Positions 28,701 through 41,600 of a DNA stretch of 64,000 nt are shown in pieces (the first letter of the stretch is position 1; each line of letters begins with the position of its first letter). This DNA is from a virus, in IMG/VR virus record IMGVR_UViG_3300012346_000329, positions 10,008 to 74,007 of that record. The stretch is one strand, 5' to 3'. Under the pieces are notes generated by a model that saw nothing but the letters and a program-made list of their open reading frames with translations, did not search any database and was not told the DNA's origin. The translations under genes were made by a program, and so were the position numbers.

Positions 28701-31700
28701 CTTGAGAAGAAAAAGAAGACATGTTGTTAGGTAACTTAATATCTGTAAAAGTTTCTCCTGCACTTTTCACTGAAGACATACTGTTTTTAATCCAATAAAA
28801 ACTGTCTTTAAGAAAGTCTGAAAATACTTGTTTTTTAAGAGTATCTTTCCAATTTTTGTTTAAATACTCTTCTTTAAACATCTTTTTAAACCACAATAAA
28901 GAACCTTTATTGATAATCTTACCAGAACTTATTAAAGAAGAATTTATAAAATAAGAAGCCTCCTCAAAAATTTGAGAAGCCTCTCTTAAAATATCATCTT
29001 TTTCAATAAATTTAAAGTCAGCATCATAAAAACCAGTATCTTCTCCTTTACCATTCTTTTCTTTAGGTATAAAAGTGTTGTATTTAATGTAATGATTATG
29101 AGTAATACCTTGTACAAAATGCACAAAAGATTTATTTCCTGTAAAATGAGAATCTAAAAAAACAAAAGGATCAATTCTATCAATGCTGTGTCTTAGTTGG
29201 TTTTGAAATTTCTGTTCTAAATTTTCAACTTTACTTACTTCTTTATCTTCTAACATAACCTTCTCCATAGTCTGAGCTTCTATCATAAACTCTCTAAGGT
29301 AGTTGATCTGTTTTCTAACTAAAACATCATATTCACTTTGTCCTATTTTAGAAATAAGGTCTTGTTTATAAGCTTCAGCTTCTTGTGGAGTTCCTGATTT
29401 ATATAAAGGGTCATCAAAGTAAGGAATAGCTTCTAAAATATCATATAGAAGTCTAAAATCTATTATTTCAGTATTTTCATCTAAGGCTTTATATTTTTTT
29501 GCTAATACTGCATCTATTTCTGCATTTACATTTTGTGTCTTTTTATCCTTAAAGATTTCATTAATCTCTTCTCTAGACTTAGAAAATACTTCATTTATAA
29601 AAGCATTCCATTTTCCACTAAATTTACTTACTAAAGCAGATTCTAGATTACCTTTACTATCTTTTCTGTAAAATAAAGAGACATAGTTAATGTAGTCTAG
29701 TGTTCCTTTAGAAACATAGCCTAACTCTATTAATCTTTTTTCTAAAGCTGGAAGAATAGCATTAATCTTTTGTTTAATGGTGTTAGCTTGAGCTAGTTTT
29801 TTGTGCTCTTCTACTTCATAAAGCAACCTTCTCATCTGAGCAAGTAAGTCACTTTCAGATAAAAGGTTTCTTCCTTCAGCTAAAAACTGCTGTTCTATTT
29901 TAGATAGGTCTTCTAATACTCCTTTAAGATGAGTATCTCTGATTCTTTCTAAAGCTTCAATATCAGATTCTGAAGCTTGCTTTGGATAAAATTTAAAGAA
30001 GTTTTCTTTAGAAGGAATCATTAAATCTAATACAATCTTATCTGTAACTTTTTCATAAAGGTCTTTTAAAAGTTGTTTTTCAGAGTGTAATAAGTTTTTT
30101 AAAATTTCTACAGAAGGGTTAGTTATTTCCCCTTTTTTAAGACCAAAAATACTATTCTCATCTTCTTGAGAAGAATTGATTTCAATGTAATCTATCATAT
30201 CCTTAGCTATAGAGACATTTTCTATAGTAGGATTCTCTAATAAATCTCTGACTTGTTTAAAATCTTTTTCAAAAATGCTTTTTATTTGTTGGAATCTGTC
30301 CTCTTCTGTTACATTATTCATGTAATCATTTAAGTCTTTTTCTAACTCTTTTTGAAGATTTTTTAAATAAACTATCCTGTCAGTAATATTATCTACTTCT
30401 CCTTCTTGTTCTCTTCTAGCTTCAAAAGAGTCAATTCTAACTTGTAAGTTTTTAATTTGAGATTCTCTCTTTAGTTTAACTGCATTAAAATCAGGAATAG
30501 CATAAAGACCATCTGTGTTATTATAAGTTATGTCTAAAGAAAAATCTAAAGAAAAATCTCCAGGATCTTCAAAATTTTCTACTCTCATTTCTCTTTCCAT
30601 TTGTTCTTGGAAAGCTTTTTCTTTATCTATAATACTCTGTACTCTTCCATTTGTATATAAAGAGTTTAACTGAGTTGCATTTTCTGTTAATAAACCTTTT
30701 TGAGATAAGAATTGGGATAAATAGTAGTATTTAATAGCAGCACTATTTACATCAGCCATGTGATTAGGCTCTACAGAATAAGCTAAAGTAATTGCTTTAT
30801 CTGCATTTATCTCTATAGCTACAGTACCATCAGTGTACTCTACTTCTTTTCCTACAGATTTTCCTGTTACTAAAGCTTCAGGAGAAAGCACATCTTTATT
30901 TACTCTTTTTAGAATATCTCTAGCAACTCCAATTCTGTCTTTACCTTTAATTTTTACAGCAGTTTCATTTATAAAAACTTTAGTAGGTCCTGCTTCACTA
31001 TCTGTAGGAGTATAGATATCTATAAAAGATTGCTCTTCCCCTTTTTGATTTGTAGAAAGTTTAAAAGCAAGAAACTCTCTAGCAATAGGTTGCCATCTTC
31101 TAAAAGTTGGACCTACTACACTATTCTCAAATTCAAATTTTAAATCATTAGAAATATCTATATCTGGACCTTTAAAAAAGTCAATAGATAAATCTATTTC
31201 TTGTTCTCTCTCAGGAACTATTTCCACTTCATTCCATGTATTACCATACTCATCAGTAACTTGTTTTACATTGTCTTTACCATATTGTTTGTTAAGTACA
31301 TTCTTTACAGTATTCTCATAAAAGTTATAGATAGGTCTTAATGCAGCAAATCCCTCTTTCTCTACTCTTTCAAGTTCTTCTCTTAATGTTTTGTTTTCAT
31401 ATTCAGTGTCTGATTTAACTTGTTGATCAAGTTCTGAGTCTGATAACTTACTTATAATTTCTTCATTTTCTTTAATTCTATCTTCTTTCTCCTTTTTAAA
31501 ATCTTCTAATGTTGTATGTCCTTCAACTTTACTAGCTGTATCACCAGAAGGAAAAAGGACTTTCTCATATCCTTTCTTAGCAGAGTCTTGTACAATAGAT
31601 TTAACAAAGAATGTTACCCAGTTAGATTTTTGGTTTAATAGTTGAAGAAATTTATTTCCTGATGTTTCTATATTTTCTTGTCCAATATCTTCAAGAGTAA

Positions 31701-32676
31701 ATATAGCTCCACTTTCATCATTTTTACTATCTAAATATTTTTTATCTCTACCCTTCTGAAATAAATCAGATTGCATTTCTAATACTCTACGAGTTTTAGT
31801 TTTATCACTTGTAGTATTAATAAATTTTTTGTATCTAGTATCATCATCTATTGGATTTGGGTTTCTAGATATACCTTCTATATAATCTTGTTCATTAATA
31901 GTAAAGTCCCCATCATAAGGATCAGTTGCCACATATTTAATATCTTCCTTAACCTCTTTATCTTTTTCTATTTGTTCATCACTTCTAAACCAACCAATAC
32001 CTTGATCTGTAGCAAACTGAGCATGTCCTTTTATACTAGGTGTAATAGCTGGTGTAGCTATTTCATTCTCTGTATAATTAGTTCCTCCTGGAACTGTTAG
32101 GTTAGAGTAATGTTGAGAAGGTTTAGAGTTTTGTCTAGCATTTTCAAATTCTTGTTTTGTTATACTTTTACTCCCTCCACCATTTTCTTTACTATATAAT
32201 ATTTTATAAACACCTTTATTTGGGTCAGAATAATAATAATCTTCTTCAACTTTAAATTCTGAACCATCTTTAATTAACCCTTTTTTTTCTTTAGCAGTAT
32301 TAATCTCAACAGCATAACTGTAATTAGCTAGTAGATTTGTAATAATTTCTTCTTTATTAGTTAGTCCAGAATCTAATATTAGCTGTTTTTGTTCTTTAGG
32401 AACTTGAAGTTCTGTTAGAATTTTATCCAAAGACCAATTATTCTTTTGTCCTTTATTAAAAACTTGTTCTGCTTTTTCTAAAGAAAGAATGTTTACAGCT
32501 TTTAAGTTGTAGTTAGCTTCATTAGAAGGAAGTAACTCTTCTTTAGAAGGGTACTTATTTAACCCATTATTATCTTGCCACAAAGAAATCTTTGCAGCAA
32601 GGATAACAGGATTCATATTAGTTTCTTTAAGAAGGTTTTTAAACTCTTCAGTATTTGGATTAATACAGTTTTTCAT
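25789..32676 (-). CDS. Large virion ejection/cargo protein (2295 aa)
   Basis: Follows the vRNAP gene. Largely helical, with a long Gly/Ala/Val hydrophobic segment near 26.9-27.0 kb. The position is typical of crAss-like cargo proteins. Confidence 0.7.
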   Translation of the reverse strand: MKNCINPNTEEFKNLLKETNMNPVILAAKISLWQDNNGLNKYPSKEELLPSNEANYNLKAVNILSLEKAEQVFNKGQKNNWSLDKILTELQVPKEQKQLILDSGLTNKEEIITNLLANYSYAVEINTAKEKKGLIKDGSEFKVEEDYYYSDPNKGVYKILYSKENGGGSKSITKQEFENARQNSKPSQHYSNLTVPGGTNYTENEIATPAITPSIKGHAQFATDQGIGWFRSDEQIEKDKEVKEDIKYVATDPYDGDFTINEQDYIEGISRNPNPIDDDTRYKKFINTTSDKTKTRRVLEMQSDLFQKGRDKKYLDSKNDESGAIFTLEDIGQENIETSGNKFLQLLNQKSNWVTFFVKSIVQDSAKKGYEKVLFPSGDTASKVEGHTTLEDFKKEKEDRIKENEEIISKLSDSELDQQVKSDTEYENKTLREELERVEKEGFAALRPIYNFYENTVKNVLNKQYGKDNVKQVTDEYGNTWNEVEIVPEREQEIDLSIDFFKGPDIDISNDLKFEFENSVVGPTFRRWQPIAREFLAFKLSTNQKGEEQSFIDIYTPTDSEAGPTKVFINETAVKIKGKDRIGVARDILKRVNKDVLSPEALVTGKSVGKEVEYTDGTVAIEINADKAITLAYSVEPNHMADVNSAAIKYYYLSQFLSQKGLLTENATQLNSLYTNGRVQSIIDKEKAFQEQMEREMRVENFEDPGDFSLDFSLDITYNNTDGLYAIPDFNAVKLKRESQIKNLQVRIDSFEARREQEGEVDNITDRIVYLKNLQKELEKDLNDYMNNVTEEDRFQQIKSIFEKDFKQVRDLLENPTIENVSIAKDMIDYIEINSSQEDENSIFGLKKGEITNPSVEILKNLLHSEKQLLKDLYEKVTDKIVLDLMIPSKENFFKFYPKQASESDIEALERIRDTHLKGVLEDLSKIEQQFLAEGRNLLSESDLLAQMRRLLYEVEEHKKLAQANTIKQKINAILPALEKRLIELGYVSKGTLDYINYVSLFYRKDSKGNLESALVSKFSGKWNAFINEVFSKSREEINEIFKDKKTQNVNAEIDAVLAKKYKALDENTEIIDFRLLYDILEAIPYFDDPLYKSGTPQEAEAYKQDLISKIGQSEYDVLVRKQINYLREFMIEAQTMEKVMLEDKEVSKVENLEQKFQNQLRHSIDRIDPFVFLDSHFTGNKSFVHFVQGITHNHYIKYNTFIPKEKNGKGEDTGFYDADFKFIEKDDILREASQIFEEASYFINSSLISSGKIINKGSLLWFKKMFKEEYLNKNWKDTLKKQVFSDFLKDSFYWIKNSMSSVKSAGETFTDIKLPNNMSSFSSQVAEEHSKNVTLISTLFKRVLKPNTKMDLNTMNIVEKQSLFETLGVPESSFRSLVKLEKGVFKISDLKPIARQSVMETQTLDLPLMLKVQLEQAAINAARTSTTEKMQVLLQKSQKQKEQKVVDNETVFVPRNNAERKSAFWVNRIVNNQITSRHQEGKNQWNIISSWAKKIKRDHKEGKEITTEDWKKGLNAFNQNLTREEKAKYGILVSRLEVVDEMLDSINKGINGNQQVIVDNQLIEPNSEAVEELTWNLKEEKAGIEQQLRLMGKDLMWSALIANSFQRLQIWGGMAFNYVAQIYNMVNARMQLYNRDGEFWTPGNSYKALAFVDARWTLPFDKKYAEQWAIGEAIIERLNIISDGSNEFQRSERKGDVNSPKLFRKLYGTLPVPNYQFITDPMYAVKYAEYYNQIPVFYCKAMDKKILDKNGKAYPLFDGLTFSAFEIDKTTKAVKLKDQFDTLENRKTFLSFTTDEAANWVVEIKTPINSKNGDYSLTGSTMIKENLFGNAFMAFKTWLGEYMIARYSYNQKELATGTIRDGFISGSLISTATRTQGYTSLIQLTGASVVFGSAAVAGFPAGIVAIVGGVAAVIATAAVYSGVRNFSSLRKLVFQSAGQNPGLYKGLETALKQMLLTNTVGLIEIPTNTTYAALQKLRIINHLDKNGDIKKPLINPSSMVANHKEFTEKDLTRELRNIRSLVRATALTTLISIMMMLTAGDDEEEKELEGKEDKFGNKTTQRVWSDEQKQKELDKKHSWKEKARILAKNSLGRSLDETTLGTNPLTILNMFISDDSTVKGGTIPFTEYLGESWLRYSQGGEEDLVTDSDNPYYGDSKLEVGLRRNLLVSSVKNLGKEDWFLGLETNMRKDYYENNYENWFKETDLKEDQKRFKQAKAVSLVEIKEKVAQEFLKKGYTEIRKVEELEAVNKVAEKRFKNQMYSPKKESRGFYTKDQRRISSPASESYFKSLEDRE

Positions 32677-32677
32677 A

Positions 32678-35600
32678 TTAAATACAGTCTTTAATTCTTT
32701 GTTTTTCTTCTTCAGTTAAAGAGTCCCACTCCTCTTGAGAAATTTCTAAAGCTGAATCTGGAATTTTTCTATCCTTATCTAAGCTAAAAGAACTATCATA
32801 TTTAGAGTCAAGGTCTTTATTTGTCAAAGATACAGAATTATCTTTTTCAACAGAGAATTTTCTTTCCACTTCCATAAATCTAAAACTAGCCAATAAAGCT
32901 TCTTTAGCTAAATAGTTATCTCTTAGACCAGGGAATACACTGTTTAAAATTTTAATTAAAGCATCTGCAATCTTTTCTAAAATAGACTGACCTGAGCCTT
33001 TATACTCTATAGCATCTAATTGTTGTCTGAATTCTGCAGACTCAAATAGAGTAGCCATAAATTCTTTAATATTTATAGCTGCATAGTAGATTTTAAATTC
33101 TTCAGGAGTAAACATTTTTTCTAGCTCTTTAGTATAAGCAGCCACATTTTCTCCTGCTACAGCAGAATCTTTAATTTTCTTCATATATTCTTTAAGAGTT
33201 TCTAATCTCTTAACATCTATTAAAGAAGAATTTAAAAATGCTTTGTAAGTTCCATTTAATTGAGTAACATGAGTAGGCAAAGGAAATTCTCCTGTAGCAT
33301 ACTCTGGTACTAACTCATAAGAATTAGTTGTTCTATTAAAATGGAAATATTTATCCAACTCTTTCACAGTTAAACTGTGCACTACCTCATGCACTATAGT
33401 CTCAGCTATTAATTCATTAGAAGTATTTTTACTTAATAAGTAGTTAAGGTCCATAATTACATTTCCACTAACAGCTTTACCTCTACTTCCTATAGCTTTT
33501 GCTGAGAAAGTTTTATCTGCATCAATATTCAGTTTAAATAAAGCAGCCAACTGACTTAAATATTCTCTATTTTTATTTAAAGGGATACTTGCAATTTGAT
33601 CTAAAGCTTCCTCTAAAGTCATCTTTTCTTGAATTTTAAAGTCATGTGTCACATCTTTAAAAAGACCTTCAACAACTCTTTCTTTTAACTGCTGTCCTTT
33701 TACAGATTCAAAAGAACCTCCTTTACTATATTGAGAAGTGCTCTTACTCAATTTGTTGTAATCCATTCCAACATAGTTACCTGCTCCAACATGTTTTAGT
33801 AAATACAAATTTTTATTTCTATCTATAAAATGTACTATTTTAGGAGTGCTTATAGCTCTTCTTTCTGGACTTAAAGTTAAACTTTGACTTGTCTCTGACA
33901 CATCTAAAGTAGCATCTTCATAACTAATTCTAGGAGCTTCAGTAGGATTGTTTTGGAAGAAGAAAGAGACAAAACCTCCTAATTCATTAATTCCAAATAC
34001 ATCCTTTTTCATACTAATAGGTATTCTTCTAGGGTTATAATTTTGAAGTTGATCATTTATAGAAATGAAAGCTCCAGTTTTAGGATTAACTTTTCCTATT
34101 TCAGCTTGTAATTCAATAGGTATAAACTTAATGAATTGAGTTGCTTTTTGAATACCTCCTTCTAGAAAAGCATATATTACTAAGTCTTGTACTAAATCTT
34201 GAGTAGTATAAGGTTTTCCATTTCTATTAGGTAATGGTAAGTTATCTAACATTAGAGAAGGCAAAGACAAGTACAATTCTTCATCAGATAAAGAGTCAGT
34301 AGAAGAGTTGTTAAAAGTAATAGTTGAAATTTCTTCCTCTCCTTTTCCAACTTTATACATTAATCTTTTACCTACTAAAGGATTGTTTTTAATTGCCTCA
34401 ATACCTTTAGCATACTTAACATCTGTGTTTTTAAATAAAGAATGCACATATTTAGCTAAAGACTCATTTTGAGCTGTGTCTTGTACTAATTCATATCTTT
34501 TTAAAGAAGCATCTTCAAAGTTTCCAGTTAATTTAGGATTAGAAAATAAGAATTTTTTAAACTCTTGTACAATAAATTCTAAGTCTTCCGGAGCCACTCT
34601 GTCTTCATCAATTTCTTGCATAGCTAGAATTTGATTCATAACCTCTTTAATATCAGCATCATTGTAAACAAATAAGTTTTCAAACAATGTCTTTCCTAAA
34701 TGTAACCCTGTAGCTGCAATTTTTCCTTGTGGAGTTGTTGGTTTAACATAGTGTACCTCAGTAAGTCCTTCTGCATTCGTTACTTCAAAAGGGAATCCTT
34801 CTTCAGGGCTATATACTTCTTCTCCAATTAAATTTATAAACCCTTCAAAAAGAGGCTTTTGAGAAAACATAGCTCTTCCCATTTTAGCATGTTTCAACAT
34901 TGCTTCAGGTATAGATTTTCCTAAGCTATTTGTATTTAAAGCTGATACCATAGGGGTTAATCTATTAGCTAAATCTCTAGCTTGAATATAAGTCATTAAA
35001 GCATGAGCTTGTTCTTTTCCAGAAACTTCTCCTTTTTTAATTCCTTGTTCTAAAACTTGTTCAGTTAATACTTCACTTCCTCTTTTTAATTCTTTTCTAA
35101 GACCTAAAGAACTAGTTTCAATAAAATGCCATGTACCTTTATCAGGGTTTTTTACATAGGATAATTTTTCAGATTCATTCTCAGTAAGTTTTTCTATCAT
35201 TTCTGATATTAACTTTTTCTCATCTATCCATTTACCTATAATACCCTTACTTTCTTTTATTTTTCTATTGAATTCTACTACAGCAGGTTGAGATAATAGC
35301 ATATAAGAAATACTGTTACCAGACTCTCCTAAATCAAATCCAGCTAAAGCAAGGAAAGAATCTGTACCAATAGTCATATCATCTACTCCAACTCTACCTA
35401 AGATTTGTTCTTTCTCATTATCTGTAGCAGTATTAATTCTTTCTCCTAAAATATCTGAAAGAGTTCTTTGGTATTTTTTACTTAAAGAATTTACTGCACC
35501 TAATTTACTAGAAGACATATTACCAATAGTAAAAGTCTCCATATTCATTCCATTAGGATGCTTAGTTTGAATTAAAGCAGCAAAAGTAGCAGCAGTAGCA

Positions 35601-38600
35601 TATACCCCAATAGCTTTCTTACCTATAGCTCCTAAATCCATTTTAGATTTTTGATAACTATAAGAAAGCATAGTAAAGTTTTCTAAGTACTCTTTATAAG
35701 CCATTTCAGCTTCTTGACTATTTTTTCCTTCTTGTTTTTGTTTTAAGATAAATTTATTCTTTACACCTTCTTCTTTCCAAGAAGCTAATTGTGTAGCTTG
35801 ATCAGAAGCTACTTCCATAGATAAAATACTGTTTAATTTTTTCTGTACTTCTTTAGTAGGAGAATCATAAACAGAAAGATACACTCTAGTAAAATCATTT
35901 TGAGCTATCTTTTTTTCTATCAGTTTTACATGTTGATTCTCTATTTCTTGGAAATATATTTTTTCTAAGTCTGAGTGAATCACTTCATATTCTTGAGTAA
36001 GTCTTTCTCTTTCAGCTTCATACTGAGCTGAATTAAAGTTAGAGTTTAATCTAGAAGTCTTTTCAATATCAACAATAACTTCTTCTACTATCTCTAAATC
36101 TTCTTGAGCTTGATCTATTAATAGTTCTAGTTCTGCTATTGTTTCTTCATCAGTAATTTTATTTTTACCTTTTACAGATAAAATAAAGTTTAAATCTTCA
36201 ATCTCAGATTGTATTATTCTTCTGTTTCTAACTGCATTTTTTAAAGTCTTAATAGCCTTTAACTCTTTTCTTCTATCTGAAAACCAAGTTCTTCTGCTTT
36301 GATAATACTGAGCTGCATCAAAGTCTGGTGTATTAATTAAGGATACTCTTATATCTCCACTTCTGACTTCTTCTAGGTATTGCTCATCTAGGATTTTAAT
36401 TTCTCCTTTTTCATTAAGATAATGATTAAAACTGTAAGCTCCTTCTTTATCAATATCAAAGTCAAGACCTTTTTGTTTAGTAAAGTTTTTAGGTACTAAC
36501 ATTAAATCTCCACAACTAGGAGGTAAGATACCTACAATTTCAATACTTGAACCAGAAATATGAGAAGAAGTTGGAGTTCTAAAAGAAAACATTTTTAAAA
36601 GTTCTTTATCTAACATCTCTTCTTTTAATCCAAGAGTACCATTCTCATTTCTTTTTACATACTTAGCTTTAGAAACATCTCCTGTTTTAGAATTATAACC
36701 TTCAAATAAATCAATTAATTTATTGTTAGCTCCTTTTATTTTAGAAGTAACCATTACTTGAGCTGAAGTAAATACAGGACTTCCTCCTTCTTCTGTAAAA
36801 TGAGTACCTTGTAATTCTTGTCCATTCCAACCACTTAAGTAAATAGTCTTACTTTGTTCTGCAGAAGAAAGGCTAGACATAGACTCACTAAATCTAAATC
36901 CATTTTCAGAACCTGCAATAAAAGAGTTGCCTGGCATTTTAAACTGCATAATTCTATTAGTAATTATGGAATTTAATAATGCTTCATATTTATTACTATT
37001 AGAAGATAACCATAAAGGAGTTTTAAAATCATGGTAGCTTTCTTTAGAGTTGATATCCATTAACTCTACTAACTGTAAATTTCTAATCTCTCTTAAAGAG
37101 TAACCTCTTCCAATAGCTTCTTCCTCTAAGACATCTCTTAGTTTAGTCATAAACATTTTTTGGTCTACAACTTTACCTTGTGCATCTAAACCTAAGTCTT
37201 TGTATAATTTATTTGTTTCATAATCTATGATTTTACTAAAAGTACTTTCATAGATTTCATATAATTTTTGTCCATCAATTTCTTTCCCTTTATACATAAA
37301 GGTATTTTTTGCAGAAACTACTCCATTACTAAACAGCATTTTAAAAATCTGAGTTCCCATAGATACAGTATCCATTTTAGCCTTTCCAGACTTAAAAGGA
37401 ACATCTTGTTGAATTCTAAAATTGTTTCTATCTAATACTAACATGGGACTAGAAGGATCTGTATTAGCATTGTCTTTGTAATTAAAAAGAGTCTCTAAAG
37501 ATAAGGCATCAGTTGGGTTAATAGGGTTAACTGAAGCTCCCACTTTATTAGCTGATTGATAAGAAGCTCTTGTAAATCTACCTGTTTCCACTTCTAATTT
37601 TTCCATAGCAACTCTTAACTTATCTAAAGAAGTACCTCTAGTAAGTTCAGGAATTAAAGGAAAACTAGAAGATTTAATATAGATAACTCTCTCTACATCA
37701 GCCTCTTTCATTACATAAGAGCCTCCATGCATAGGTTTAATAGGTTGCATTACAATTTTTAAATCTGCTTCTTCTAAAGAAGAATTAGAAGCTAAGGCTG
37801 TAATAATTCTATTGTATTGCTCTTTAGTAACTCTCCCCATAGAATTAAGAATCTGTAAATGCTCTGTAACAGTAGTATACTCCTGTGCATCAGTAGATTC
37901 AATATTGAAATAATCTGCTAAAGAAGGAAAACTTTTAGATAAACTTTCTCTAATCTTTTCTATCTCATCAGCTATAACTTGCATTTCAACCATCTCTTTT
38001 TCTGAAAGAGAAGTCTTGTCTTCTAATTCTCCTAAAGCTTTTTTCAAAGCTTTATATTTTAAAACTGTCTTTTTACTTTTATTTCTAGCTGCTAAGCCTT
38101 CATACATTTCAATTAAGTCTAATGTATTTTCAGCTATGTCTACACTGTCTTGTAAAAAGATTTGGTTATAGAATCTGTTCTCTTCTGTAACAGCTCCTTG
38201 TTTCCCAGGGGCTACTTCATAAGCTAACCTTTTACCTAAATTAGTTCCTATTTCTTTATTAATTTTAACATAGTCTTCTGTAGATAAAGTGAAAGCAGTG
38301 TGCTCTACTTTATCTCTATTAGAAGCTTTTTCTATAGCTTTTTTCCAAACTTTGTCTTGAGAGAACTGAGCTATGTCTCCAGAGAATACTTTTGAATATT
38401 CTGCTTGAAACACAAAAGAGTTAATAACAAAGTCCATTACTCCTAAATCAAAATCTTTTACAGGATTTTTATCAATACCTTTTTCAGTAAAGTATTCTTC
38501 ATTAAAAATTTTATTCTGTAAGTCTTTACTTTTACCTTTTGTAACTAATCCTAATTCTTTCCAAGCTTCTGTTTTTGCATTAGCTTCAGAAGTTATAACT

Positions 38601-41600
38601 CTCTGAAGTCTATCTTTTACTTCAACTTCTATTAGTTTTAGTATTTGATCAGCATTTTCAGTAGCAGCTTCTTCTGAATTTAAGTAGTCAGCTAAGTTTC
38701 TTCCTTTAATTTGTAAAGAATTTAAAGCTGGAATAAAATGAAACAATCTTGCTGGAGTGTCATAATTTTTAATTCCTGTCTTTTTTACATTTTGATTAAA
38801 GTTAATAATTCTTTCTAACTCAGGTCTTACTACTAAGTCTATTAAAGCATTAGAAAGCTTATCTGTCATTTTTAACTCTCCATTCTCATCTTTGTAAAAA
38901 GAGTAATTAGCATCTTTTAATAAATCAAAAACAGGTACTGTCATAAATAATCCAGTATCTTTATCTGACTTAGTACTAGATAGCATGTTAGCAATTCTTA
39001 AAGGAATTCCTCCATACATCTGTTTAGTAGAAAAGTTTTGTACTCTTCTGTCTTGAAGGCCTCCTAAGGCAAACATATCATAATCTAAGGCACTTAACTC
39101 TGTAATCTTACCTTGACTATCTTTTTTATCTTTATCTTTAATGGCCCCTAAAGAAACATGGTGAACAGCTAGTAGTTCTGATAATTCAGGATTTTCATTT
39201 AATACCTGAAGTAACATAGAGTTCTTATTATAAGAAACCTCTAATAAATCTAAAACTAAATCAGAGACTCTTGATACCCCTGTTTCAGGATCTGTGACTC
39301 TTGTAATTAAAGAAGTAATTCTTTCAGTAATATACTTAGGAGGAGTAAGAGTAAATATAGATTTACCATTATCCTGATAAGATAAAGAAATTAATTCTGG
39401 ATTATAGTCAGCTTCAATTAAAGCTATCGTATTAGAAATTCCTCCAATATTAGATAAGATATCATTTGGAGTATTAGCTCTATAATTTTCTTCTGTGTCT
39501 GCTATTCCATTCTTTAAGAATGTAATCAAGTTAGGATACAATCCTAATTTTTTATGAGTAACTAAAGTGTAAAAAGAAGTTACTGTATCTCCTTTTTTAT
39601 AACCTTGAGTGTATAATTTTTCCCAAGTTTTATTATGAAGAACAATACCTAATTTTCCTAACCAAGCTCTTAATTTTTCTTCTGAAGCTTCTGCAGGATT
39701 TACCCCAAAAGATTCAAATTCATTAATTAATTTTTGAGCATAGACAGTATTAAAACTTCCATCTTCTTGATATAACTCTGTAAATCTAGAGTTTTCAATC
39801 CACTTTTGTTTTATTTGTCTGTTTATTTGAGAAGAATTAGTATCATACAATTTTAAAGATACTTTTCCTTTTTTGTTCTCATACATTACAAACTTAGAAG
39901 ATAAAGCATGAGCAGTAATATTATACACAAACTGATTCTTTACTTGTTGATCTGCTCCTTCTAATCTTGCAATAATCATTTTGATAGCAGGATGTTCACT
40001 TTTTGAAAGTTTATCCATAATCTGATTAAAGTCAGCTTTTGTATCTATGTTTGCAGATACAGTTCTTAATACTAAGTTATAAGTATCATTTAAAGACATA
40101 TAAGAAGGTAAGTCTAAATACCCAGTTACAATCTCTCCTGCATCATTAAACATAGGAATACTGTGCATCATCATTCTAATTTGAGAAGATGCTTTATCTT
40201 TTAATTTTTCTTCTACAGATTCTTTACTAAAGTTTTTTTCTTTTTCTAAGTCTCCTTCTTCTGTATCTTTTTGGTCTTCTACTTCAGTTACTCTTGTTTC
40301 TAACAAAGCATCTTTAAAAGCTCTATCAAATAAAGAGTTGTACTCTTTTTGAATATCCATAATATTTTTAATAGAATCTTCTATAGCTTTTACCATAGCA
40401 ACTCCCTCTGGAGTATTGATACTATTAGAAGTAAGGAAAGTTTGGGCTTCTTCTAACTTGGCTAGTCTTTCTCTAAGTTTCAAGTTTAAAGTAGCCTTAA
40501 CTTCATTTTTAATTTTAGTGACAGACTTAGAGTTAATTTTTGCTTTAAATCCTAGTAAAGAATTTATTTCAGCTACTATTTGACCTAAGATAACTTTCTG
40601 TTGATTTACAGATAAATCTGCAGTTAAATCATAAAGTTTTTTAAGTTCCTCTAGAGAACCCACTGAATCATCTGATTCTAAAAACAAATTAAAATCTATC
40701 TTATACTTTTTAAGTAAATCTTCTATTTCTGCTACTCCCTTAGCTTTATCTTCTTCAGTTAAAGCTTTAGGAGTTTCTTCAATTTCTTGTAAAGATTCTT
40801 TAGTTGCTTGCTCTATTTTTTCTTGTAAGGATACTTCAGTAGAAGATACAATAGCTTTATTACCATCAATATCTTCATTATTATAATGAATTAATATTTT
40901 AGGTTGTACTGTAAGAGAATATGCAGGTGCCTTACCTGTAGTGTCCATATCAAAAGCTTTATAATTTGTATATAAAGTTTCTTTTAAGTACTCCTCATAA
41001 GTTAAAGGTTTTCCTTCTGCATTAGTATATGATTCAACTATTTTAGAACCTTTAGGATTTATTTTAGGTACAGCTCCTAGTCCTTTAGCTAAAAGCATCT
41101 CATCATTAGTATGCTGAGAAATCACAGGTTTTTTATCTGCTCTATCATTTAATCCTCCTAATAATTCAATAGAAGAAATATCCTTTTCAAAAAGGTATTC
41201 AAGATAAGGAGCAGTAGATCTAACATCATATTTTACTTTTTCTTTACCTTCTTTTTCTTTCTTCTCATTTACTTTATTTTGATACTCTTGAATAAAACTT
41301 TTTTCTATTTTGAAAAACATTCTTATAAAAGAACCTAAGTCTTCAAATTTAGAAATATCTATACTTAAAGCTGTATTAATTCCTTGAGCTATCTGTTTAG
41401 CTTCTTCTATAGTTAATTCATAACCAGGCTTAGAAGATTTTCCATTTAAAATTTTATGAGCAGCTATAGCCCATCTTGCATTTTCAATCTGACTTTCATC
41501 TATGTTTCTACCTAATCTAATAGCTCTGTAAGTTTTTACAATAGCTCCAGGTTTAGTAGGATGAGGCTTAGAACCTACTCTATAAATAGCCCAAGTGTGT

